From the NCBI RefSeq assembly GCF_006345805.1, contig NC_043026.1, forward strand, positions 2,170,001 to 2,234,000: a stretch of DNA of 64,000 bases, read 5' to 3'. The position numbers and the translations under genes are program-made. The notes under the pieces were generated by a model that did not search any database, was not told where the DNA came from, and was given only the letters and a program-made list of their open reading frames with translations. How positions within the stretch are numbered: the first letter of the stretch is position 1; each line of letters opens with the position of its first letter. The DNA comes from Octopus sinensis. Lineage: Eukaryota. Shown here one piece after another: positions 1 through 13,474 of this stretch.

Positions 1-4
1 TAGT

Positions 5-61
<57 letters not shown>

Positions 62-80
62 GGATAGATAGATAGATAGA
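1..80 (+). repeat. (GATA)n microsatellite
   Basis: Direct tetranucleotide repeat, cut by the window start. Confidence 0.95.
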
Positions 81-577
81 CAGATGTGTAGACCAACAGG
101 TATAATTTGATGAAGGCAGAGAAACGGATATTGACAGAGCCACAAACATATGGACAGGAAACCAGCTGGACAAATAGCTAGTTGGATTGTTTTAGCTGGA
201 AACTATCTCCAGCCAGTTTCCCTGTCGATTAGGCTGATTAGAGACTCGGTATTTCTTCTAAATTGCCTGGTTGTGTCTCCTATAAGAGACATTCAACTTG
301 GTAGGCATAAGGAGAGATAGATGTGTAAAAGAAAAGAAAAACAGGAAATAGAGAATCATATGTAATCAGAGATACAATCCGTCCGAGGAAGAGTCTCTAG
401 GGTTATAGGCTATAGTCTAATGTAATTGCCCATGGTGCCGTCTTAAGGGATCGAACCCGGGGCCTAATGATTATGAAATTACGAAGCGAACTTTTTAATC
501 ACTTGTCCTTGCCTGCGTCCATAGGTGTGTGTTTGTGTGGGGGTCATAACTACACAAGTGTGACCCTCGCCGATTTA

Positions 578-995
578 TTTCCTCGTAACTTTCAGGAAAA
601 TGGATAATTTTCAATGAAATCTTCTACAAATACACTTCAGATGGCGTAGATTCCGATTGTATCGGAATTCGTTGTAAAAAGGTTTTTCAGGGATGGGTAA
701 AGGAGTTTCAGAAAATTCACCCGAGTCGTATTTGTTTCCTCATAACTTAAAAAAATAAATAAAGTCGGGTATTTTTAATGAAACTTTTTACAATTACATC
801 TCAGAGTAGATTATGATTATAACGGAACTGAATGTGAAGAAAAAAAAACTGGTGGCCACGCACATATACACACTGACGCATATTACGTATATCTACAAGA
901 TATTAAATTCCGATATAATCGTAATCTACACCATCTGAAAAGTATTTGTAGAAAATTTCATTAAAAAATATCCATTTTCCTAAAAGTTATGAGGA
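578..995. repeat. Short element with ~80-bp imperfect inverted arms (non-autonomous DNA-type repeat)
   Basis: 578-657 (cctcgtaactttcaggaaaatggata...cagatggcgtagattccgatt) is the approximate reverse complement of 915-995; a third degenerate direct copy lies at ~735-830. Confidence 0.6.
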
Positions 996-1039
996 AACAA
1001 AGTCTGAGTTGAGTGGAGTACACTTGTGTAAGTATGCCT

Positions 1040-1462
<423 letters not shown>

Positions 1463-2769
1463 GTACATACATACATGTAAGCATAGATTTAAGTATATAT
1501 TATACATACAAACATCGTATATTCATCGACAGACATATTATGCGTGTGTGTTACAAAACAAAGCAGGGTCGGAGGGAAAAAAGGGGCCAGAGGGGGGGGA
1601 TCAACAGATGAGAAAGTAAAGTAAAATACTACGGAATAAAAGAGAAATTAAGGAAAGAACCGAGAGTATTAGGGAAAATATACATGTATAATGAGTAAAC
1701 AGTATATATATATGTGTGTGTGTGTGGGTATATATATATATATATATTAGATAACAAAGATAGATAGATAGAGAGAGAGAAAGAGAGAGAGAGAGATAGT
1801 GTGGTATGGCCCTTATATGTGTGTGTGTGTTTGCCTAATTATGTGTGTTTATATTAAAATATATATACATATATAAATCCAAACCTCACTGTTTTGGTCT
1901 CGTTGCTGTTGTTGTTAATGTCCGTTGGTCAATCGTCGGTCATCCCTATTTTAACCAGACCTTATGAGCAAAATCCGTTCAAGCCATGGCTATCCCGTCT
2001 CAATTTTTCTCAAACATTTAGCTGTTGATTTGGGAAAGATTTAGCTGCTATTTCCTGCGCCTCCACTGACTTCAAACACGTTCCTTCCTCGATGCTTTCT
2101 GTTTTCGTCTAGTTTCGTACACAGATCAGCTGATGAATCGTTAATTAAACATCACATTCTATATACATTAATATACACAAATATATTCATATATAAAATA
2201 CAATATTTAATATAATATTTATATGTGTGAGTATATAAACAAAATGCATGGATCGTGTTTATTCAAACACATTTTGGCTGGCTTATGTTAACAGTGAATA
2301 GGTGCGTGTGTATATATATTACTTACACACATACACACATGTATGTATAAACACACACACACATGTATGTGTGTCTATTTCTACGACTTGCCCATTGTTT
2401 ACGAATGTTAAACTCCAATGCTATGTGTATTTACGTGTATACACACTGAATGAGTTGTGTATGAGGAGGTGTTTATATATATATATACATGTATATATTT
2501 ATGTATATCATGACATATTATCCATTGTGCGTGTATATTGTTTACAAGTATGTTTTGTTTACAGACACACACACAGCATCAGGCTATGTGTGTGTGTGTG
2601 TGTGTATACGTGTGTGCGTTTGTGCTTTCTGAAGATATGTATGTATGTATTGTACGCGTGTGTGCATATGCGCAGGTATGCGTGTATATATATATTTGAC
2701 ACGAATTGAACCTCCCAGCTTAGAGGCAACAGGAGGGGGGGGACGATGTTTTGAGCAAATAATCGGGCA

Positions 2770-3233
2770 GGACGTGTGAGTGTGTGTGTGAGTGTGAGTG
2801 TGTGAGTGTGTGTGTGCGAGTGTGTGTGTGAGTGTGAGTGTGTGAGTGTGTGTGTGTGAGTGTGTGTGTGAGTGTGAGTGTGTGAGTGTGTGTGTGCGAG
2901 TGTGTGTGTGTGAGTGTGTGTGTACGGGGTGGTCTTTAGTGCACACACACACACACGTTTATATAAATATTAAATTAAATCATTTTTTTATTATATCATA
3001 CATTTATATAAATGTTATTTTGTTTTCTTTTTTTCGGCCCAAAACACACTCATCAACACACACACCTATCTCAGATATGTGTAGAATCTTTTCACATATG
3101 TGTGTGTGTGTGTGTGAGTGTGTGTGTGTGAGTGTCTGTGTGTGTGTGTCTGTGTGTGTGAGTGTCTGTGTGTGAGTGTGTCTGTGTGTGTGTGTCTGTG
3201 TGTGTGAAAGTCTGTGTGTGTGAGTGTCTGTGT

Positions 3234-3269
<36 letters not shown>

Positions 3270-3386
3270 GTGTGTGTCTGTGTGTGTGTGTGTGTGTGTT
3301 TGCGTGTTATGTGTTATATAATTGTTACGTTTAGTGCCTGGCGTATTAAGAAATAAATCCACAACCTAAACAAAGCGTGTGTATAT

Positions 3387-3445
<59 letters not shown>
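2770..3445. repeat. Cluster of (GT)/(GAGT)/(CA) microsatellites
   Basis: Direct reading; source of the HT/CV-repeat ORFs. Confidence 0.9.
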
Positions 3446-3453
<8 letters not shown>

Positions 3454-4348
3454 CGTGTGTGCGTGTATATGCACCCGGATTATTCAGGAATACCCACGTA
3501 AGCAAGATTGCCTCACTGTTTCTTGTGGCTGGAAATATCTCACTGCCAACTCTTCTCTGTCTATTTCGTTTTCCCTTCACACACACACACACACACACAC
3601 ACATTTTCATACACATACAAACACACCCTCTCCTTTATTTTCTCTCTCTTTCATTATTTCTCTCCATCTTTCTTGTAATCTCTCTTTTCTACGACTATTA
3701 TCTCTGCATATTTGCTTCACCTTCATTATCTCTCCCGCCCTCTCTCTCTCTCTCTCTCATGTTCCTTGTCATATCTACCTTTCACAAAATCTCTCTCTCT
3801 CTATATTCTTTTGCTTTTCTTTGTCTCCATCATTCTGTCATGTGTGTGTGTGTGTGTGCGTAAGTGTGTATGCGTCTGCGTGTGTTTCAGTGTGTGTTTC
3901 TCCATCTCTACTTCTTTCTTTCATTCAATATATCTTTACTTCATTCGTCCACTCTTTGACTCGTATTTAACACACACACACTTACATACACACATACATA
4001 CACACACACGCGCGCGCACGCACACAGATCTATCTTTCTCTTAGTCATCTTCTTCCACGTTCAATACTTCACTCTTTCGCTTATTCTCTCTTGCTATCTA
4101 CAGGCCTCGTTCTCTTTAACACACTCTCATCTCCCTCTTTCTCTCACTCACTTTCTCTCCCTCTTTGTGTTGCTCTCTATCTATCTATCCATCTATCTAT
4201 CTGTCTGTCTGTCTATCTATCTACCTATCCCTCTTTCTCTCTGTTTATCTATCTCATCTTTTTGCTAAAAGTCATTTAATTCTTTGGAAACTGATGGTTA
4301 ATTCACTTACTTCGCTCCTCAGAGTTCCTCAACGTGTACATCTATCTA

Positions 4349-4470
<122 letters not shown>

Positions 4471-4561
4471 CTAGAAATGGCAAAACAATAGAAGAATGAA
4501 AGAGACCTCGTTATTATGTAGAGGAATTTATCTGTAAATTACATATATATATATATATATA

Positions 4562-4594
<33 letters not shown>

Positions 4595-4646
4595 TCTATT
4601 TCCTAATATCAAAGTCTCATTCTTTTGTTATTATTATTATTATTAT

Positions 4647-4715
<69 letters not shown>

Positions 4716-4716
<1 letters not shown>

Positions 4717-4999
4717 CAATGGCCCAGTGGTTAGGGCCGCGGTTGTAGGATCGTGGTTTCGATTCCCAGACCAGGCGTTGTGAGTGTTTATTGGGCGAAA
4801 ACACCTAAAGCTCCACACGGCTCCGGCAGGTGTGGGGGGCGATTCCTGCTGTACTCTTTCGCCACAACTTTCTCTCACTCTTTCCTCGCTTAGCCAGCGG
4901 GGTGGCATCATTTGAAGGCTAAAACAATGCGAAGCGCATTGTGACCAGCGATGTGTAGCAACATCTGATAGCCTGGTCGGTCGCGGTGATCACGGTGAT
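4716..4999 (+). mobile_element. tRNA-derived SINE, family B (tRNA-Arg-like head)
   Basis: Head gcaatggcccagtggttagggc...ggtttcgattccc has box A/B; the same family recurs at 20886, 21480 and 48308. Confidence 0.75.
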
Positions 5000-5014
5000 A
5001 TATATATATATATA

Positions 5015-6560
5015 CTAGCAGTAAAACCCGTCGTTGACCGCGTAATTACTTTGACTGTTTATCGAGGGCTACATTGAAAGTATTATTATAATTCACTCCT
5101 GCTCTATGTCTGTATTTTTAGAAGAGAAAGGTCAATATCATTCATGAACTTGTGTTTGTTTGTGATATGACAATAATAAATGAGTTGAATGTGTTATTTT
5201 GTTTATCTGTACAGTAATGGCAATGGTATAATATTTTTGTAAGAGAAAAATGTAATAATTGAAGTAAATAAAAAGATGATTTTTATACGTGAAGTTCTGT
5301 TTGTTTATTACATGATAATAATGAGATGTATGTGTTATTTATCAATACAGTGATGACAATTATATAATACAGTTCACTGAAAAAGGTAATTTACTCATTC
5401 TTGACTGTAATGGTAGTAATGGTGAATGAAGACATAGGACTGTTCAGGTTGCATTAACAATGAATATTTCTTTATGAACAATGTTTTTTTGGTTTTTGTT
5501 TTATTTCGGGGGTACAAAAGCCTTTACTAGAAACAGGGAGAATGTTTGGCTCAATGAAGTTTGTGCACAATTAATCTTGTGCCATTGCATAATTTTGGTT
5601 GAGACAAAATCTGTAATAGCGTAATAGGAGTCCCCTTTTTTCAACTGAAGACAATGAGGAACTGTACCTGGTGGTTGTGGTGAGTTAAAGAATTCGATGG
5701 GGTAGTTGACCCGATCCCGATCATCATCAACACTGCCAATTGAGTTATAAGCGAAGACTTCTGGAAATTTATTCAATAGCATGTGATTAATGGTATGTAG
5801 AGGAACATTTTTTGGAGCCAGGAGAGCTCTGTCACTGTTATAATCTGTATTGTAATTATGAAGAAGATCAGGAAAAGTTCCATACATCAAATCATTGTTG
5901 GAATCAGTTGAATTACATATTGAATTGAGTGTAAGAAACTGTTATTCATCAATTAGAATTCTCCTTTCACCGAGTTTCAAAGAGTTCAGCTGATTGATCT
6001 CTTGAACGCATTGATCTCGTATCTGTCGAAAGTTGAAGTCTTTTCACATGATGCCATAATACAGAAGACTCCATAGAAGCATTCAGCTCATCGGCTTCTC
6101 AATATGTTCTGCAAATCTCACCATAAACTTGTTTTAAACTTTCCTATGAAGTTGGTCCTCATTTTACATGAAGAAGCATTCTGAGATGAAAGCATTCATT
6201 TTGATTAGGATGTAGAGTATATAATCTACCAATTGTTGTACCAAACTTAATCTCAGAATGACATGGAACTTTTGTACCAATTTTCTGTCTATTCCATTTA
6301 TTATTACTCCATGTTTAATAAGGAACCTTGTGATATAGCAGTATTTTTGTAAAATTGTTCCCCCAACAAAGATTGAAAAGGGCTGCTGAAGTGGTATCCT
6401 TTGGATTTGAAACTTAGTTTGCAGCTGTCTCAGCAGAGAAGTAAACCCTTTGACCATTTTCTAAATGCACAGAAAGTTGAATAGCCGGGTGCCTTCCGTG
6501 GATTGGGAATCCAAAGAGGCAGACAGAAGGCTTCATTACTGCTAATGATATCTCGCTAAT
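5015..6560 (-). mobile_element. Internally deleted, decayed autonomous-type Helitron (Rep/PIF1 helicase remnants with 3' CTAG end)
   Basis: Minus strand 6430-6555 reads RY-ISSNEA..FGFPIHGRHPAIQ-LSVHLENGQRVYF (Helitron Rep-helicase motif); 5600-5890 is PIF1-like; the element ends in a degenerate GC hairpin plus CTAG|T at 5015-5042. Confidence 0.85.
5501..5890 (-). pseudogene. Helitron PIF1-type helicase C-terminal fragment
   Basis: RALLAPKN...INHMLLNKFP...NYPIEFFNSPQPPGTVPHCLQLKKG matches the RAILAPKN / YPxEFLNS / PPHxLxLKxG motifs; a frameshift follows. Confidence 0.85.
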
Positions 6561-6696
6561 TGATATTGTTTAACTTTGTCATTAGTGTTTTCTTGAACGG
6601 CGAAAGAAGCAGAATTAGAAGAGACAGAAGGAGAGAAAGAGAGAGAAGGAGAGAGAGACAGGGAGAGAGACGACGAAAAGAGAGAGAGAGAGACGT

Positions 6697-6729
<33 letters not shown>

Positions 6730-6783
6730 GAAAGGAGGAGAGAGACAGAAAGTGAAAGTTACAGAAAGAGAGAGAAACCTGAA

Positions 6784-6814
<31 letters not shown>

Positions 6815-7302
6815 TCTTTTATTCTTGCTTCGGTATTTTCACGGAAAAATGTAACGATTGATGTGTATGTGTGTATGTTCTTTTAGTGAGGGAAAGAGAG
6901 AGAGAGAGAGAGAACGAAGAGAGAGAGGGGAAGAAAGAGAGGGAAATAGATAGAGAAGAAAGAAAATCCTACGGAGATGGTGTCTGGTTTTAGTTTCACT
7001 TTGCAGGACAAACAGACAAATGGGCAGAATCTCTCTTTTATATATATATTATAATAAGAGATATACATTTATATATATTTATGAATGTATATAAACTCAT
7101 ACAAGCCAGCAGGCTGAAGCTTCGAGGTCACTGTCAACATCATACTTGTAAAAGAAAAATAAATATGGAGTAATCCTTCAGTTCAATGTAAAATTATTTT
7201 TATTGCAAGTCAACAAAAAATAAACAATATATAGATACACAAGGGTGTGTGTATATATATATATACATACACACGTGTGGTGAGGATATGTATGAATACA
7301 TA

Positions 7303-7337
<35 letters not shown>

Positions 7338-8160
7338 CATATGTGCATGTCGCTAATTCACGGCTAGAATACATTTGATCACAGGTTTTCCTCAGTTAGT
7401 ACTGATTCAACAATGCCACCTCTAAGCAACTGCTCGTCTTGCTAGAAGTAGCAGCTAACTCTCCATCGAATCACACCCTCGGACCTTATACATGCAATAA
7501 AGAAAATGAATGTTACTTGGGTTTGGGTTCGGCCTTCCGTTATTTTACAGCTCATGGGGTGGCCTTGTAATTCTTCTCTTTCCTAACCTCACTCTCACGG
7601 ATCGAGAACTTATTGCCACTGTTGTATGTATGTCTCTTCCATACTTAATCGTTTAAATTCTTCCTCTGAAGAAGGAGCTGGTTTCTGACAAAGATACCAA
7701 GTTCCATCTTTGGAATCTTAAACCTGAGAAAAATTTTGCATTGTTTTACTGATTGTGGTTGCAATGTGCAAATCAGTCGGTTGGTTTCTTTTCTGAAAAT
7801 TCAAGCTTATCCAGACTGACAGACAGTTACTCACAAAACTAGTTTCTGTATATAATGTACGTAGGTAGGTTGGTAGGTTTAGCCAGTTGGAAGGTAGGTA
7901 TGACTTAGTCAAGTTATTTCATTTGGAGAATTCAAGCTGGCTGATAACCAAGCGGCACGGCTCTTTTGCCTGTGGTCGTCTGATTCAGTCAATTTGTGCG
8001 TGCGTGCGTGCGTGTGTGTGTGTGAGAGAGAGAGAGTGTGTGTGTGTTGTATGTATGCGTGTGTGCGCACACATATGTATGCTTTGAAATTTGTATGTAG
8101 TGTGTGTGTGTGTATGTATATATATTTATATACTTTATTTTAAGCAGCAGAAAATTCAAC

Positions 8161-8208
8161 AAAATCTGTTACTCTGAGTTTCTCGTTGCCGTTCATCAGA
8201 CAGTTTTT
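8161..8208 (-). ncRNA. Minimal type I hammerhead ribozyme motif in a PLE-type terminus
   Basis: Minus strand: aaaactgt-CTGATGA-acg gcaa cga-GAAA-ctc a gag-TA-acag(a)tttt. Stem I ctgt/acag, GNRA-capped stem II with one mismatch, palindromic stem III, GUA site; lies next to (TA)n. Confidence 0.65.
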
Positions 8209-8635
8209 ATTACTCTACCACTGGTATTTGAGTACTCTTTTTTCCACCTTGTTTCACATTTATGTGTTTACTCCGGTATATATTTATATATATATATCTT
8301 GTTCTTCTTCCTTTCTGTTTTTCTCTCCCACCCTTTCTCTAATTCTTCTCCTCTCCCCTTCACCGTTCCATCTTTCTCTTTCACTCTTCCTCCTTGACTC
8401 TCTCGTTGCTCACACATAACCAACGGCTATCTTTCTTTCTTCCACTTCCTTCCCAAAGACAAGACGTGCTTTTGCCTGTCTCTTCTCAAAGCTCGTTTCT
8501 CCAGCGTTCACCAATTCACATCGTCTTGGCTTAACAGCCAACACCGTTTGTTTTTACTGGTTTGTTCTTACTGTACTGTTTTTGTTACCACTTTAACCCT
8601 CCGAAAAAATCCCAAATTTTATTTAATTTGCTTGC

Positions 8636-9030
8636 AGGAGTGGCTGTGTGGTAAGTAACTTGCTTGCCAACCACGTGGTTCTGGGTTCAGTCCCACTGCG
8701 TGGCATCTTGGACAAGTGTCTTCTACTATAGCCTCAGGCCGACCAAAGCCTTGTCAGTAGATTTGGTAGACGGAATCTGAAAGAAGCTCGTCGTATATAT
8801 ATGTGTATATATGTGTGTATGTGTGTATATGTTTGTGTGTCTGTGTTTGTCCCCCCCCCCAACATCGCTTAACAACCGATTCTGGTGTGTTTATATCCCC
8901 GTAACTTAGCGGTTCGGCAAAAAGGACCGATAGAAATATCCTGGGGTTGAGTTGCTCGACTAAAGGTGGTGCTCCAGCATGGCCACAGTCAAATGACTGA
9001 AACAAGTAAAAGAGTGAAAGAGTAAAAGAG
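8636..9030 (+). mobile_element. tRNA-derived SINE, family A, full length
   Basis: Head aggagtggctgtgtggtaag...gggttcagtccc, central TA/GT microsatellite, tail gactgaaacaagtaaaagag; about 20 full or partial copies in the window. Confidence 0.85.
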
Positions 9031-9164
9031 TATAGTCTCGGGCCGACCAATACCTTGTAAGAGGGTTTAGTAGACAGAAACTAAAAGAAACACGTCGTGT
9101 AGTGTAAGTGCCAACTCACGAAACTCTCGAACCTTGAGTCACTCGATTACTTCTGCTAAATATA

Positions 9165-10480
9165 CAGTGGGGGGAAATAAATATTCGTACATGTCAAAAT
9201 TCTTTATTTATTTAATTTCTAATGAACATAAATGGGATATACCAATACTATATTTGCATATACATGCATAAACTAAGAATATGCAAATGAAACTAATAAA
9301 TTATAGTAACTAAGGAGTTTATATACAATTATAAATATTTAGGGGTGAAAAAAGTATTCGTACAGAACATAATTAACTGATAATTCTGATTTAATATTTC
9401 GTAGCATAACCATTATTCAGTTCCACTTCAACCAATCTCTTCTTGTAGTTCTTAATCAATGACTTGCATGTTTCTTTAGGAATTTTTTCCCATTCTTCTT
9501 GACAAATTTTCTTCAAATCTGCAATGAACGTTGGGGCTCTTGAATGAATTTTAATTTTCAAATAATGTCACAAATTTTCAATGGGGTTCAAGTCAGGTGA
9601 CTGGCTTGGCCATTCTAATAATTTTACATTGTGATCGACAGTCCATTTTTTGGTAGACTTCGCTATGTGCTTAGGGCCGTTACCCTATTGTAAAACCCAC
9701 CCTTCACAAAGCTGGAGCTTTTCTACAGAGTTCCATAAATCATTGTTCAATATATTTTGGTACATCTCTGCATTCATTCTACCATCTATCACATGTAAAT
9801 TTGCAGAGAAACACCCCCACACCATGATGTTGCCACCTCCAAACTTTACGGTAGGAATTGTGTTTTTCGGTGAATAGGTGGTACCATCTTTCCTCCGAAC
9901 ATGGCTACGCGAATTTCGTCCAAACAATTGAATTTTCGACTCATCTGTCCATAGAACATTTTCCCAGAATGTATCAGGTTTATCTTTATGTTCATAAACA
10001 AATTTTAAACGGGCATCTCTATGCCTTTTAGTCAACAGCGGAGTTTTTCTAGGAGAGCGTGATTTCAGTTCTTTCCTATGAAGTTCATTGCTGATTGTTC
10101 ATAGTGTAACACTAGTCTCTGAAGCTAACAAATCTTCTTGCAACTCCTTTCTGGTGATCATTGCGTTTTTTTCTAATTCTTCGCTTCATTTTTCTTAAAG
10201 ATCTTGGGGAAATCTTGCATGGTGCACCGGATCTTATTCTGTTTTCAACAGTTCCCGATTTTTTTCATATCTTTATATATAAAAGTGATCTTTGAATAAA
10301 TGAAGATATGGTAGAAAATGGAATACAAAGGGTCTCTGATATTTTCCTGTAACTTTTACCTCTTTTCCACTGTTCAATAATTAAGTCTTTCACTGAATTT
10401 GTGAGTTCTTTACTTTTCGCCATTATTATGATACTACTTTATGTTGTCTCAATGTTGAATGAAGAAGCTGGTGTTTTGAC
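9165..10480 (-). mobile_element. Tc1-like DD34E DNA transposon, decayed
   Basis: TA|CAGTGGGGGGAAATAAATATTCGTAC terminus at 9163-9190 with an inner direct repeat (aagtattcgtac ~9353); disrupted transposase on the minus strand; the opposite terminus is unclear. Confidence 0.85.
9391..10423 (-). pseudogene. Tc1 transposase pseudogene (DD34E)
   Basis: MAKSKELT start, [30 protein letters not shown]...[15 protein letters not shown] (34-aa spacing, second Asp mutated), ending YATKY*; contains stops and frameshifts. Confidence 0.9.
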
Positions 10481-11774
10481 ACATAAAAATGACAACTGAT
10501 GAGATTATTGGAACAAACGAGAAAGTTCTAGTAAAAAAAGAAATTATTTTAACACCATTGCCACTGTTTTTCACATCACTTACTATCACCATTGTCCCTG
10601 ACTGCTTCAGCTACCACCACCACCACTATCATCATCACCGTCGCCTCCGCCTCTACCACAATTACAACTCATACTATTACTATCACTCTATTATCATCAC
10701 AACTGCCCATCTACTACCGTCTCTATGCCTATTATTACTCTCACCCCAACATGAGCAATAGTAGGAGTGTCATTGAATAGTGAGAGAAGGGGTCGAAGTG
10801 TGACACACTGACACACAGAACTTAGATTTCGCATTTATTATATATATATGTGTGTGTGTGTGTATGTGTGTATATATATATTTATGTGTGTATCTGTGTC
10901 TGTATTTTTCCCCCACCCCACCTGCCATCACTTGACAACCGATGCTGGTGTGTTTATATCCCCGTAACTCAGTGGTTCAGCAAAAGAGACCGATAGAATA
11001 AGTAGTAGGCTTACAAAGAATAAGTCCTGGGATCGATTTTTTCGACTAAAACCCTTTAAGGTGGTGCTCCAGCAGGGCTGCAGTCAAATGACTGAAACAA
11101 GTAAAAGAATGAAAGAATATAAATACATAGTTCCCAGATGAGATTTAAACTTGGACCCCGATGTCTTTACAGAAGATCCTTCCACAAGGTAAAGAAAGGG
11201 GGAATCAAGTTGAGCGGGTACAGAGGCAATTATGCGAATAAACAAATGAGATACATCAAATATATTGGTTAGTGTGTGAAATACAAAATATGTTTATATG
11301 CCTACATGCATGACGAGAGGAAAAAAGGGTGGAGGCTTTCAGATGATGAATTTCTTTAAGTAAAAATATATAAATATTTATATTAATGGGTCCAATTTAC
11401 ACAGAATACGAACTACAGAGTAGAAGGGTCAGAAGAACGGTGTTACAAGTCCAAAGAGCTGTTTCTGGGAGCTTGACGATCCATAATAGTGCTGATAAAT
11501 TTAGTTCATCACCGTCCGCGGCCGTATGGATGCAATTAATATTGAATTAATATTGAATGACGAGTCTCCGTCATCGGTGTAGAGAAGATCTTACATTTCA
11601 GATCTTAAGGCAGAGAAGTTCAAAGATGGAATGATTAAATGCGGTGAGCACAATCTCATATATATATATATATATATAACGGGAAGCTTTATGAAAATAA
11701 ACAAAAGACGAAGGCAGGTGGAAAACAAACGAACAATTGTATTAGTATGGCGCTCAGGAAATATATATACATAT

Positions 11775-12130
11775 ATTGGTAAAAACGGTGAGGTAACAAA
11801 AGAAAGAAAGAGACCTCAATATTATGTAAATAGAAGAATTTATCTGTAAAATAATATGTGACAATTATTCGGTAGCCAAGATAAAACTCTGAGTTTCGGA
11901 TGCCGAGGTGGAAATCCACACCATCATATCTTTAGTTATCCGGCCATCGGAAAAACGCTATGAAAAAAGATGAAGAGATGATGGTGTGGATTTCCACCTC
12001 GGCATCCGAAACTCAGAGTTTTACCTTGGCTACCGAATAATTGTCACATATTATATTTACAGGTAAATTCCTCTATTTACATAATATTGAGGTCGCTTTC
12101 TTTCTTTTGTTATCTTACCGTTTTACCAAT
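11775..12130. repeat. Fold-back pair of PLE-type terminal fragments (153-bp arms, 50-bp spacer)
   Basis: 11775-11927 is the reverse complement of 11978-12130 with few mismatches; both ends run into (TA)n; a related fragment is at 4480-4545. Confidence 0.8.
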
Positions 12131-12199
12131 ATATATATATATATATATATATATTTGTAAAAAAGAAGTTTGAAAACGCCACTATATATATATATATAT

Positions 12200-13270
12200 T
12201 GTTATGAGTTTAGCTAGTGCAGTATTTCTTGGTGACCCACTTTGTGAATGATGGCGCCGGCACGTCTGGAAGAAAAGTAACAGTCCTTTGTTTACTGGGA
12301 GATTAATGGGGCCTTGGAGGGACCCCTGGCCTTGTGCGGTCGATTAGGGGTCAGAGAGAGATGTGAGGAAGAATCTAGCAGTAGTGAGAAAAAGATAGAG
12401 TAAGGGCTGAGAGCAGATAGAGAGGATATTAGCAGTGAGAGAGGATGAGGTGGCAGAGAAGGACAGGCAGAGAGAGCATGGCAGAGCTGTCATGAGAGGG
12501 TAGCAGCAGCGGGCGATAGAGATAGGCAGTTAGGGACCAGGGCAGATAGAGAGGGTATAAGCAGTAGAGACAGAGGGAGATGAGGGCAGTGGGAAGGAGA
12601 GAGAGGAAGTGAGGTTTTGGCAGTTGGTGGTCGGTCGTCAAGGAGCACAGTCGGATTCTGGAAGTCAGAGCGAGTAGGTGGAATCTTAGGAGCAAGCGGT
12701 GGAATCTTAGGAGCAAGCGGTGGGATTCAGGAGTTTGGCAAGCTGGAGTTAGCAGTATTGAGAGAGAGATGGAGTGCAATATGGGACACTGGCGATTCAA
12801 TCAGGAATTAAGGTATTTGATTATGTATTGATACGTGTCACGATGTAAAGAGACAGTGAAAAGAACAGTAAAGGACTTGTTGATGTGACGTTATCTGTGA
12901 TGTGTAGAAAAAGACTTTAAAGAACTGTGTCTTCGGACGTGTACCTTTGAATTGCTGTTGTTATTATGCTTTAATCTGTTGTATGATGTATTGAGTAGTC
13001 ACGTGCATGTCCTCCTTTAAATGTTGCCTTAAATGCTTTGATGTGTAACAATTGTCGTATAAACTAGTTGTTAAATGTAAGCCAGTGTTGCCGTTTTGCC
13101 TCTTTGGTGTCTCTCTCGGTTGCCTCTCTGTGTCTCTGTTGCCTTGCTGCGGTTGTGTCTCTCTCTCCTCTCTCCGACGAGTTTCCGTAACTTAATCGCT
13201 GCATCGAACGGGCCTGTGTGTGAGGATTTCCGTAACAGTTCGAATCGGAGGTCCCACCCTTGTCGTAACA
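12200..13270. mobile_element. Solo LTR of an LTR retrotransposon (~1.07 kb)
   Basis: Begins TGTTATGA and ends TCGTAACA (TG...CA with 8-bp imperfect inverted termini); ATAT(AT) on both flanks; internal 21-bp tandem repeat at ~12678-12730; no coding capacity. Confidence 0.7.
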
Positions 13271-13474
13271 ATATATAACTCCAAGAAAGTTAGAGGTTGT
13301 GAATCCAACCCACTAAGGGACTAAGGGATAATATCTATTCATGTTTGTTATTTTATAATAATTACTGGTATGCTTATATATTTCTATATTTTATATCTTA
13401 TGTGTAAAGCATAATATGTTAAACATGTATGTATATTATTGTAATTATCAGTTTAGTAAACAAACTACTTCAAC

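Noticed and set aside
7665-7720. Hammerhead at ctgaagaaggagct... (and the related copy at ~40533)
   Set aside because: A CUGANGA-like core and stem are present but no GAAA follows in either copy; kept only as two copies of a dispersed repeat.
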